Positions 51,705 through 63,469 of a stretch of 64,000 nucleotides of DNA are shown piece after piece; positions within the stretch are counted from its first letter, which is position 1; every line of letters begins with the position of its first letter. The notes beneath the pieces are model-generated. The model made no database searches and was not told the origin of the DNA. It saw only the letters and a list, made by a program, of their open reading frames with translations. The DNA comes from Octopus vulgaris (taxonomy: Eukaryota), in contig OX597823.1 of the NCBI GenBank assembly GCA_951406725.2, forward strand, positions 34,100,001 through 34,164,000. Direction: 5' to 3'. A program made the translations under genes and the position numbers.

Positions 51705-52994
51705 TGGGTCTCTTTCAGTTTCCATCTACCAAATCCACTCAATGTTTTGGTTGGCCTGAAGCTATACTGAAGGTACCATGTAGTGGGACTGAACCTGGAA
51801 AACAACCATTTTACCACACACCCACGCCAGTGGTCAGGCACATACACACATATATACATATGTATATACACATACATACACACATACACACATATATATA
51901 ATCATTATTTTTATTTCCAGTTGGCGTGGTTTAGAGAGATCACTTTTCACTCAGGCCTCGCTATTTTGTAACAATCCTTTGTCAATCCTTTGAGAAATTC
52001 AGATACTTGAAAGCATCCCTACACATTTTTTACCCCTTCTTCAACCTTTTTTCCTTTCACAGTCTCCTTTGTACCATTTAATACTTTGTACCCAAACTAT
52101 CATCCTTCATTTGTATTCAATAACCCTACCAATATAATCCTTTCTCTTTCTCTCTCTCTCTCATAACCAATTTTCCTTCTCTCAGGTTATTTGTGGTTTA
52201 TCTTCCATCCACTCTCACTCTACACATCCAGCTTGCTTCGTTTCCATCAATCCCTTACACATCCCCCACATTTAGTCCACACATCATACGACCATGTAAT
52301 ATCCCATTTATATCTTTGATCTTTTGCTCGATCAGTGGTCATGCTACAGCACCACTTCAAAAGGTTTAGTGAAACAAATTAATCCCAGAACTTCTTTTTC
52401 AATTCGGGTATTTTTTTCTATCAGTCTCTTTTGCCAACCACTAAGTTATGAGGATATAGACAAACCAACACTGGTTGGCAAGTATTGATTGTGAGATAAA
52501 CATAAACATTATATATTTAGTCTCCCTGTTCCAGCTTTAGCCACAAGGCATGGATCGGTTCAATGCTATAGCAAAAGACATTTGCCCAAGGTGCCGCGCA
52601 GTGAGACAGAACCCGAAACCACTGATTTGCAAAGCGAGCTTCTTCACGGAATCAAGAATAGCAAAACACCGAGTTATTGTGGGAGGGGGGGATTACTTAG
52701 CGAAGGTACGTCACTCTGAACGTTTCAAATAGAGGTTATCTCCCTTGTCCTTTACCTTAATATATTATATATATATATATATATATATCCACATGCACTC
52801 TCTCTCTATATATATATATATATGTATACACACACACACACATATATATATATGTATATATATACACACATACACATACTGCATACATATATACACGCAC
52901 ACACTATATATATATATATATACACACACACATACTATATGTGTGGTTGTGTGTGTAGTGTGATGATTTATTATAGATTAATTATTATATATTT

Positions 52995-53210
52995 CTTTAC
53001 TACCCACAAGGGGCTAAACACAGAGGGGACAAACAAGGACAGACAAATGGATTAAGTCGATTATATCGACCCCAGTCCCAGTGCGTAACTGGTACTTAAT
53101 TTATCGACCCCGAAAGGATGAAAGGCAAAGTCAACCTCGGCGGAATTCGAACTCAGAACGTAACGACAGACGAAATATGGCTACGCATTTCAGCCGGCGT
53201 GCTAACGTGT
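52995..53210 (-). mobile_element. SINE family B, young (CpG-rich)
   Basis: gattaagtcgattatatcgacccc..gaaaggatgaaaggcaaagtcaacctcggcggaattcgaactcagaacg. Confidence 0.9.
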
Positions 53211-53287
53211 CTGATTAATTATTATAGTGTTACAATGTTGAAGGTTAACCTAATCAGAGTTGCGAATCTGATATATTTAGATTATAA

Positions 53288-53660
53288 GGTGGTGAGCTGG
53301 CAGAAACGTTAGCATGCCGGGCAAAATGCTTAGCGGTATTTTGTCTATCTTTATGTTCTGGGCAAGTGTCTTCTACTATTGCTTCAGGCCGACCAAAGCC
53401 TTGTGAGTGGATTTGGTAGACAGAAACTGAAAGAAGCCTGTCGTATATATGTATGTGTTTGTGTGTCTGTGTTTGTACCCACCAACATCGCTTGACAACT
53501 GATGCTGGTGTGTTTATGTCCCTGTAACTTTGCAGTTCGGCAAAAGAGACTGATACAATAAGTACTAGGTTGACAAAGAGTAAATCCTGGGGTCGATTTG
53601 TTCAACTAAAGGCTGTGCTCCAGCATGGCCTCAGTCAAATGACTGAAAAGAATAAAAGAA
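53288..53660 (+). mobile_element. Chimeric SINE: family B head fused to family A body
   Basis: junction gttctggg|caagtgtcttctacta at ~53362. Confidence 0.75.
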
Positions 53661-53787
53661 TAAAAGAGTGTGTGTGTGTGTGTGTGTAACAGAAACTGGA
53701 AATGTTGAAGTATTTTCCATTCTTCTTACTAATACATCTGCTATTTTTTCCTTTGCCTGTTTTTGTCTTTTGTTTTCTGTAAATTTG

Positions 53788-53827
<40 letters not shown>

Positions 53828-54709
53828 ACATACATGTGTGCTTACCAATGTACAAAAAAAGGACTGACCTTTTGACCATCACTATACCAACTGAGCCCTT
53901 TTCACCCTATTACGACTAATATTCCCATGATTCCTCTGGTAACTAACTCTGTCTCTTCTAAAAATTAACCTCCCCTCCCTTAGGACTAAATGACCTCCTA
54001 CCTCCTCTCTACTTGACTTGGTTACATTTTGAAATTTTTATGTAGTTTGTTTTATTTTTATCTTATTTCAAATGTTTAATATTTCCATAACGTAGCTGTT
54101 GCTGATGTTGTTGTTGAGGTTTCTTCTGATATTGTTGTTGCTGTTACTGAAGAGAAACGAGACGACAACTGACTCTTTAACACCTCACAAGTTTTGTCAT
54201 ATTTCTGAGCAAGAGAGTTTCCACTTGCCTCAGTATCCCTGGCTTATAACAAATGATACCATAGATTTCTATCTTATCCAGGAGGGGATTCAACACTTAT
54301 CTAGACATTGTTACAGAAACTGGAGTTAAATACCAGCCTGTAAACCCTTGTGGCAGTTCTTCAAAGAATTTACAAATTTTTAATTCTTGATATTTGTTGA
54401 ATATTGTTGTTGTTGTTGTTTTGGTTGTTACATCTTTCTCCAAATATTTGGTCATTGGTATATTTTGTTTAGCCCCCAAAAATAGTCACAACAAAAAGCA
54501 TAACAAAAAAAATAAAAATTACAAACCCTTTGCAGAATTGTTTCCCAAGAATTGTTGTTGCAATTTTACTGGTTGCTAATGGCCAAAACCAATATATCTA
54601 GCTTTTATCATACCTGAAATATCTGATACACTTTATTCTGGAATTGAAATAAAGACGAAAATAATAATAAATAAAATCAACTGCACTGTGGTATCTTCAT
54701 CCATATGAA

Positions 54710-55200
54710 AGCATCCAAAATTGTTTCAAGCTACCTGAAGCTGTGTTAAGATATTTTCATATGAATTAAGGCATCTGACATGGGGCACACAGTACACCTA
54801 TACAGGCAATGTTGATTTGATGGAGGGAGTGAACATTTGATCACTATAAACAAATCACCTGTGCAGGTTGTTCTGCAATTGGCTCATTGCAATCATGAGT
54901 TACTAATTTATGGAACTTTCATCAGTCATAAATGACAGATGAGAGTTCACCACTTAAACATCTAAAGTTGCTGCAAGGTACTTGGAGATGTATTTCAGTA
55001 TCTTCATTGGTACTAAGACATCTAAAATTATTACAAGGTACTTGGAGTTCTGTTAAGATATATCTTTCTGTGCTAAGACATCTGAAATTGTTTCAAAACA
55101 CCTGAATCTTTGATTTAAGATATGAAGTTACTTCAAGGTACCTTAGAGCTCGATTGAGGTAAATAGAAAAGGATTAAGGTACCTAATGCTGTGTAAATAG
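54710..55200. repeat. Degenerate 60-bp tandem repeat (~20-bp subunits) interrupted by a SINE fragment at ~54775-54950
   Basis: aagacatctaaaatt..caaggtacttggag..ttaagata recurring at a 60-bp period. Confidence 0.65.
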
Positions 55201-55574
55201 AATCATGCAAATACAATTTTAAAATGTGTTGCTATGGTTTTAAAAGAAATAGAGTTACATTAAAGAGTGGCATCAAAGCAACAACTATGTCTTCAGACAG
55301 TTCTTGGAAGACTCTGGAACAAAAATAAAACTGGTAACAGTTTACTGCAATTTACCGCAATCTGAATTATTTCATTATGGTGTTACCTTGACAGAAACAA
55401 GAGTGACAGACAAAATTCGTTGCAGTATTTAGTTACATTCTGGGATCAAATCCCACTGAGGTTGGCTTGACTTTCACATTTCTGGGTTTGATATTAGAAC
55501 TCATTAAATATTGAGGTCAATAAAATCTGCTGTTCCTTCCCTTGAAATATGTTACTTTGGTGCCTATGTAAGAA

Positions 55575-56210
55575 ATAACGATATAAGAAGTATATCATGT
55601 ACATTGTTTTGTCTTGGTATAAAAGATGGGCTACAGCAAATATTCTGCTCAATACCACAGATTTGCTTGTCACTTGTTTGACTTTAACCAGTTGAGCATG
55701 TCCCTTAGTGGCTGACGATATGTGCATCTCTGATCACGAGCAGAAGTAGTTGGGGAGCATCATAGCCATGTGTTGAGATAGATTTTTGGGGGTTTGAATA
55801 ATTCACCTCTGGAAACATGGGTGTTTAGTTCAACACCCTTAAACAACCCTTATTCAGGGACCTTTCGAGTGGGATGGGTTACTCGACCTGAAGAAAATTC
55901 TAACTGGGGCCCACCTGCAAGGTCATGTGCTGTTTATTTTGATATGGGATCACCATGCCGCGCACATATGGTTGTGATGCATGTGCCTAGTGTACCCTTA
56001 TCAGACGGGTAGTCATGATGGGTATACTGGGCTTCGTATATTTTACCCCAGTGTCACTTTGATGGCATGCACTGCTCTCTCACTCAATAATAATAATAAT
56101 AATAATAATAGGTATACACTTATCAGATGGGTAGTCATGATGGGTATACTGGGCTTCGTATATTTTACCCCAGTGTCACTTTGATGGCATACACTGCTCT
56201 CTCACTCAAT
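55575..56210 (+). mobile_element. Non-coding repeat ending in (TAA)n with its last ~95 bp duplicated (probable LINE 3' UTR)
   Basis: 55992-56087 and 56115-56209 near-identical, separated by (TAA)n. Confidence 0.6.
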
Positions 56211-56435
56211 TATAATTATAATTATTATTATTATTATTATTTAGACACAAGGCCTGCAATTTTAAAAGGGTTACTGAATATTGTCAAGCCTAGTAACTGA
56301 GTGTTTCTTAATTTTATCAAACCTGGAAGGATGAACGACAAAGTTGACCAATGGTGAAATTTGAACCCAGATTGTGAAAAGCCACAGAACAAATAGTATT
56401 TTGTCCAATGTTCCAACTTTTCTGCCAGCTTATGC

Positions 56436-56499
<64 letters not shown>

Positions 56500-56795
56500 T
56501 AATAATAATTGTTTCTAAGTTAGGGTCAAGGCCAGCAGTTTTGAAAGGGGAGTGGTAATTGTGATACTATTGGCCCCAGTTCATGACTGGCATTATATCT
56601 TTTCTACTCGCAAAAGAATTAAGGATTCCTTCCATATTTTGGGAGTTGGAAACATAAAATACCACTCAGTTATTGCAGTGATCATTCGCTAATTCCCTCT
56701 CCTAAAAATTTCTGCCCTTTTTCCTATAACATTATTTATTATTACTATTATTATTATTTTTATTATCATTGTTATTATTATTATTGTTATTGTAG

Positions 56796-56859
<64 letters not shown>

Positions 56860-58109
56860 GTTGTTGTTGTTGTAGGCACTGTACCTTGCAAGTTGTGAAT
56901 TCAGTTTCAATTCCCAGCTAAATCCATTTGTTCTCACCAATATCCTTAGGACAGGGATGAATGCCTCAACATGCTGCTTTCTTTCCCCGTCTTTTGCCTA
57001 TATATATATATATATCGTTATCATTGTTTTTCTCATCATTATCATCACCATCACCATCACCATTAATATTGTTGCTATTATCATTATTCTTAGCAGTAGT
57101 AGTTGTAGTAGTTGTAGTGGTATAATTATTGCAGTGGTTTGATAGAGCAACTATAAATTCTCCACAAACAGAATGGTGGGCCTGGTTTCAATTCTCAACT
57201 GGAGTAGCTCCAAGGATGATTATATAGCATCACTGTAATTAATGAAAGCCAAAGAATCCTCATGTTTTGTTTCTTATCTGTCCAGGGCCTTGTACCTCTA
57301 TAACAATTTGCTATTGTTGTTGTTGTTGTTATTATTATTATTATTATCATTATCCTATTATTACTATTATCGTTATTATTATTTCTGTTGTTGTTGATGA
57401 TGTTGAAAATCAATTAATGTAAAGCTCAATTCCAAAGTGAATAAAGGTACCCAACTCTTTGATCCTCCAGATCATGAGTTCTCATCATACAGCAGGTACT
57501 GTATTGAGTCCTTGGACAAAATGTCTTAACTCCGTTTGCCTAAGATTTCATTTCTAATCACGAAATCACTTAATCAAGTTATATTATTTATCTAATTATT
57601 TAAATTCCAATGAAAAAAAAAAAGCAAGCAAACAAAAATTTTGTCATCATTATCATAATTAAAAACAATATTATTAACATCTTTTGTTAATGAGTCAAAT
57701 ATTTTTATGGTTATTTTTATCAACAGTTAAGTAAAAGCTTTCAACAAAACCACGTATTTCGAAAGTAATCCAGGTGAAACCCTTAAGCAATGCTTCCCAA
57801 ATGTGATCCAATGATTTATATGAGAGTGAAACCCTTGCCCCAGGTTTAGTACTGTGCACTGTATCTACTCTGCCCTAATTTCATCTAAATTCTGTATTTC
57901 TATGGCAACTTAACGTTTATAAATCTATTGTTACGGTTTCTATGGTTTCTCACTTTTACTTGAATTAAACATAATTTACAAACTTCTGCCTCAGCTTTCA
58001 TAAAACTTATTTTTACATGTAATATGTATATATGTGTCTGTATATTTGTATGTAATATATATGTATGCATGTATGTGTGTGTGTTATATATATATATATA
58101 TTATTTATT

Positions 58110-61100
58110 ATCATCCATCATTTTAAATCCAGGTTTTGTCCCCATTAACAGTGGTGGCCGGATCTACTTCAATGCCATAGCAACTGTCCTCACACCATCT
58201 TGCCATCTTGTCCAGTTTTGAGCATCCTCCCTTCTCAAGCCAACCCTCCCAATCTCCTCCTCCATCTGTCCCCTCCACATTTTTCCTTAATCTACCTTAC
58301 TTTTGCTGTCCATTTACCTCAAATTCTAGCACCCTCTTCAGAACATGCTCTTCATCCCTCCTCAACACATGCCCATACTACCGCACTCCATTCTCCTTGC
58401 TAGCCATTCCACTGATTCCTCCAACCCCAGCATCCCCATCAAGTCCTCAGTCCTCCTCTTATCAAACAGTCTCACACCACACATTTCTCTCACCATTGCT
58501 TTCTCGGTCCTTCTCAAAATTGCCATCTCTCTCTCCCTCAAACACCATGTCTCACTCCTGTACAACATTGCAGCTCTCACACAACTCCTATAGACCTTTC
58601 CTTTCATCTTCCCAAATAATAATTCTCCACATTCCCTGAACTTCACCCAGCCAAGTCTCATTCTTGCTGTCACATCCACCACTTACATCTACCGTCTCCC
58701 AAAATAACAAAACCCTCTTATCATCTCTACTTCCTCACATAGTGTTTCGACTGACTTCGCCAGCCCTCCAGCTCCTTTCTCACATCTTCACAAATAAATT
58801 CTCTTGCCAGTCTTGGGGTCACCTTCCTCATTTACGTACATCTACCATGAATCCATTTCTCACATCTTGTACACAACACCGCATTTGCCTTTACCCTCCT
58901 CCCACATACACCATTTGGATCCACTCCTTTGTCTTCCCGTGGTTTACCTTCAAACCCTTGCTTTCAAATGCCTCCTTCCATTTCCAGGACTTCTTCCTCA
59001 ATCCCTCCATCATCTCACACATCAGAACAAGGTCATCCACATACACTATCTCCATTATCAATCCCTCTCTTGCACTTTCCATCACCACATCAACCACTAT
59101 TGCAAACAACAATGGTGATAACACAGACCCCTGATGCACACCGACTTTCACTGCAAACTCCTCCGACAGCTCTGATCCAATTTTCACACTTGTCTTTACC
59201 CCTTCATACAAACTCATCACTGCCCTCACTATTACACCCCTTTTCCTCAATGCCCACTCAATCACCTTCCTTAGAACCCTATCAAATACTTTCTTCAGAT
59301 CAACGAAGCACATGTACAACTCCTCCTTATTTTGGTATTCCTCTTGCAATCTCTTTACAATGAACACTGCATCTATTGTCCCCCTTCCTGGCATAAAACC
59401 AAATTGCATCTCATCCACTTCCTTCTGAATTCTCCTCTCCAACACCCTTTCCACTATCTTCATTGCATGCTCCAATAACTTCACTCCACTATACGCCCCA
59501 CAACCCATCACATCCCCCTTTCCCTTGAAGATCGGTACCACCACACTTAGTACCCAATCATCTGGCATTCCTCTTCCATCCAGCACACCCTGGCAGAACT
59601 CCATCAACACAACAGACCCTATCTTTCCACTTGCAGTTATCACTTCCACACTTACTTCTGATGGATCAGCTGCCTTTCCTGTTTTCATTTCCTTCATTGC
59701 CTCCACTACTTCTTCCTGACTAACCCTCTCCACTGGCCCCTTCACCACAACAACTTCCATCCTCTGATGCTATCTTTTCTCCTCATTCATAATTCCCTCC
59801 ATATGCTCCTTCCAAACTCTTCCCCTGTCCTTCTCACTAAAATTCAACCTTTCATCACTTCCCCTCATGCATCTTCCTCCTTCAGCATCTCTTCCATCAT
59901 TTTTTACATTGATTTAATAAACCTAAACACTCTTTCTGGGTTCTCATCCAGCCTGCTCAACTTCTCCTCAGCCTCCTAACTCATAGATCTCGCAACCACC
60001 CTCTTTGCACAATTCTTCATGTTATTATACCTGGCTTTCATTTGCTCAGTCCTATTATTGCATAAAGCTTTGTGCGCCTCCTTCTTCCTTGCTATCCCTC
60101 ACCTCCTCTTTCCACCACCCCATATCTCCTCGATCACTCCTACCTTTTGTCCTTTCACACCCTTTGTCACATGCTTTTAGTACCCTTTCTTTAAAAGACT
60201 TCCACAAATCTGGTGCATCAGTGCTTCCCAACTCCTCAACTCTCTCCTCAAACCTTACTCTTGTTTCTTCCTCCTTCAGTTTCCACACCTTTCTCCTCTC
60301 AACCGTTCCCTTTCTCACACACTCTTTCTAACTTTCCTCTTACCCAAGTTAGCAACCACCAACCTGTACTGCAACTCCCCTGGTATTGTCTTCACATCTC
60401 TCAGATACTTTCTCATTTTCCTGCCAACCAACACAAAATCGATCTCTGTCTCATTCCCTCCTGCACTGAAAGTCACTTTCCTTTTCTCTGTTTTCCTAAA
60501 CCATGTATTTGCCTCACACAACTCTTTCTCATCGCAAAACTCCGACAGCATCTTTCCTTCCCCAATTCCATTTCCCCCAGCACACCCTCAAAGCCCTGGA
60601 TCCATTTCCAAACATGTCCATTAAAATCACCCATACCCACCTTCTCAATGATTTCTTCCTTCACCAAAACTCCCACACCTCCAGTCCCCTTGCTATTTCC
60701 CGACTACCACAACTTGTACTTTCTTCCTTCCTTTGACCCCCACAAATCTTGCACCCTGGCCCCTCCACCTAACCCCCTGCACACAGCACACATCCACCCT
60801 CCTCTTACTCAATTCCTCATACACCTCAGTTCCCCTTCCACACAGACTATCCACATTCCAGCTTCCCAACCTCACCCCAAGTTTCTGCTCAGGATGTTGG
60901 CTTACGCAATCCAGGATGAAGGTTTGCACCTTCCTTAATCAGGTACGCATGTGCAGCCCACCTCAACCTACAGGCTGGCTGGTGCCCATTCTCCTTTGCT
61001 ATTATCATAGCAGGATTTTCTACATGGAGCATTCCCTTGCTTTCCCCCAACCTCAGTGGTCCTGAGACCAAAGCTTCTACCATGATTTTTAAGAAATGTG

Positions 61101-61110
61101 GTGGAAAATT
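58110..61110 (-). mobile_element. Near-full-length degraded RTE LINE (second family)
   Basis: APE start LGVRLGSWNVDSL..DVCCVQ, GDFNGHV, EIDF, QFGFMPGRGTIDAVF, QGSVLSP, YVDD, PHD remnant, WVKFRECGELL; frameshifts and stops. Confidence 0.93.
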
Positions 61111-63469
61111 AGCTGTATGTACCCCACAACATGAACTGGTAGTTAGTGACTTTAGGATCAGGACTAAGAGGACGACCAGAAGACGACCAACATGGAGAAG
61201 AAGGATCTGGAAGCTTAAAGATCCTGCGAATGGACAGAGACTTAGGGACATATTACTTGAAGCCTTTGACAAAGTAGAAGGGGATATAGCTTCACACGAT
61301 GTGGAAGACAACTGGAGGTCTCTAAGGGACAACCTGCTGAGAGCCACGGACCAGATCTGTGGCTGGTGCAAAGTCCCCTCTCAACCCAAAATAACGTGGT
61401 GGTGGGACAAGGTTGTAGACAGGGCTATTAGAGAAAAGAGACAGGCTTGGAGGGACTGGAAAAATGGTGGTAGCAGGGAATTGTATCAGACTACCAAAAG
61501 AGGAGCTAGGAGACAGGTTTATTTAGCCAGAGGGGAAGCAGATAAGAAAAAATTTGCCAATGTTCTGCGCCGTGAGGACCAAAGACTTGAGGTATTCCGT
61601 GTTGCAAGACAGTGTCTGAGAGAGAATCGTGATGTGGTAGGAGAGAAATGTGTTCGTATGGATGATGGTTCACTTGCGCTAAATGAGGATGCAAAGAGAG
61701 AGGTTTGGAGACATCATTATGAGAGGCTGCTAAATAAGGAATGGGTGAAAGAGAGTCTGCCGAATGTCGACCCAACAGAGAGACCAGCTATCCGAGTTGA
61801 CAGTTCCTTAGTAGTTAAGGCAATTAGTAGCATGAAGACAGGGAAAGCCCCAGGCCCATCAGGAATTACTGCAGAGATGCTTAAAATATCTGGTAGTGTC
61901 AGCTATAGCCTAGTCACCCGTATAGTTAATCAGGTGATACACGAAGGAGTCATACCCAATGACTGTTGTAGCAGCATAATAGTCAACTGCTACGAAGGTA
62001 AGGGTAACGCTTTAGATACAAATAATTACAGAGGTATCAAGCTGTTGGATCAGGTAATGAAGGTTATGGAGAGGGTCATAGCCCAACTGATTAGGGAGAG
62101 AGTCAGCTTGGATGAGATGAAGTTTGGTTTCGTGCCAGGAAAAAGCACCACTGATGCCATATTTCTGGTGAGACAGCTGCAGGAGAAATACCTAGCCAAG
62201 GATAAGCCCCTGTACCTGGCTTTCGTTGACATGGAGAAAGCCTTTGACAGGGTTCCCCGATCCCTTATCTGGTGGTCAATGAGGAAACTAGGGATAGATG
62301 AATGGTTAGTGGGAGCTGTGCAAGCCATGTACAGAAACGCTGTAAGTAAGGAGAGGGTTGGCAACCAGTACACTAAAGAATTCAAAGTAGAGGTAGGGGT
62401 CCACCAAGGTTCAGTCCTCAGCCCCCTCCTATTTATCATAGTCCTCCAGGCAATAACGGAGGAATTCAACACAGGATGCCCCTGGGAGCTCCTATATGCT
62501 GATGACCTTGCTCTAATTGCTGAATCACTATCAGAACTAGAGGCAAAGTTTCAAGTGTGGAGACAAGGATTAGAATCGAAGCGCCTTAAAATCAACCTAG
62601 CTAAAACCAAAGTCTTAATATGTAGGAAGGCAGGCAAATCACAAACGCCTTCAGGTAGATGGCCCTGCTCGATCTGTAGAAAAGGCGTAGGTAGAAACTC
62701 TATAAGATGCACCCAGTGTAAGCTATGGACACATAAGAGGTGCAGCAATGTCAAAGGAAGGCTAACTGGGAAGATAGTTTTAGTATGTGGCAGATGCTCA
62801 GGAGCAATAAACACTGAAAATCCTCAGAGACCAACTTCCGCCACATTCCAGGGAGAAAAACTAGAAGTAGTTGATAGCTTCCGTTACCTAGGAGACCAAG
62901 TCAGTAGCGGGGGCGGGTGTGCTGAAAGTGTAACTGCTAGAGTAAGAATAGCCTGGGCAAAGTTCAGAGAGCTCTTACCTCTGCTGGTGACAAAAGGCCT
63001 CTCGCTCAGGACAAAAGGCAGACTGTATGACGCATGTGTAAGAACAGCCATGCTACATGGCAGCGAAACATGGGCTGTGACTGCTGAGGATATGCGTAAG
63101 CTCACAAGAAATGAAGCCAGTATGCTCCGATGGATGTGTAATGTCAGTGTTCATACTCGACAGAGTGTAAGTACCTTGAGAGAAAAGTTGAACCTAAGAA
63201 GCATCAGTTGTGGTGTGCAAGAGAGACGTTTGCGCTGGTATGGTCATATAGCGAGAATGGATGAAGATAGTTGTGTGAAAAAGTGCCACACCCTGGCGGT
63301 TGAGGGAACCTGTGGAAGAGGTAGACCCAGGAAAACCTGGGACGAGGTGGTGAAGAACGACCTTCGAACTTTAGGTCTCACCGAGGAAATGACCAGAGAC
63401 CGAGACCTTTGGAAGTATGCTGTGCGTGGGAAGACCCGGCAGGACAAGTGGGACCAAGTGAGACCATAA
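61082..63469 (+). CDS. RTE reverse transcriptase ORF lacking most of the endonuclease, with an inserted PHD finger (~795 aa from the first ATG)
   Basis: uninterrupted frame; KAPGPSGI, NYRGIKLL, FVDMEKAFDRV, QGSVLSP, YADD, C4HC3, SFRYLG, RRLRWYGH, GRGRPRKTW. Confidence 0.85.
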   Translation: MIFKKCGGKLAVCTPQHELVVSDFRIRTKRTTRRRPTWRRRIWKLKDPANGQRLRDILLEAFDKVEGDIASHDVEDNWRSLRDNLLRATDQICGWCKVPSQPKITWWWDKVVDRAIREKRQAWRDWKNGGSRELYQTTKRGARRQVYLARGEADKKKFANVLRREDQRLEVFRVARQCLRENRDVVGEKCVRMDDGSLALNEDAKREVWRHHYERLLNKEWVKESLPNVDPTERPAIRVDSSLVVKAISSMKTGKAPGPSGITAEMLKISGSVSYSLVTRIVNQVIHEGVIPNDCCSSIIVNCYEGKGNALDTNNYRGIKLLDQVMKVMERVIAQLIRERVSLDEMKFGFVPGKSTTDAIFLVRQLQEKYLAKDKPLYLAFVDMEKAFDRVPRSLIWWSMRKLGIDEWLVGAVQAMYRNAVSKERVGNQYTKEFKVEVGVHQGSVLSPLLFIIVLQAITEEFNTGCPWELLYADDLALIAESLSELEAKFQVWRQGLESKRLKINLAKTKVLICRKAGKSQTPSGRWPCSICRKGVGRNSIRCTQCKLWTHKRCSNVKGRLTGKIVLVCGRCSGAINTENPQRPTSATFQGEKLEVVDSFRYLGDQVSSGGGCAESVTARVRIAWAKFRELLPLLVTKGLSLRTKGRLYDACVRTAMLHGSETWAVTAEDMRKLTRNEASMLRWMCNVSVHTRQSVSTLREKLNLRSISCGVQERRLRWYGHIARMDEDSCVKKCHTLAVEGTCGRGRPRKTWDEVVKNDLRTLGLTEEMTRDRDLWKYAVRGKTRQDKWDQVRP

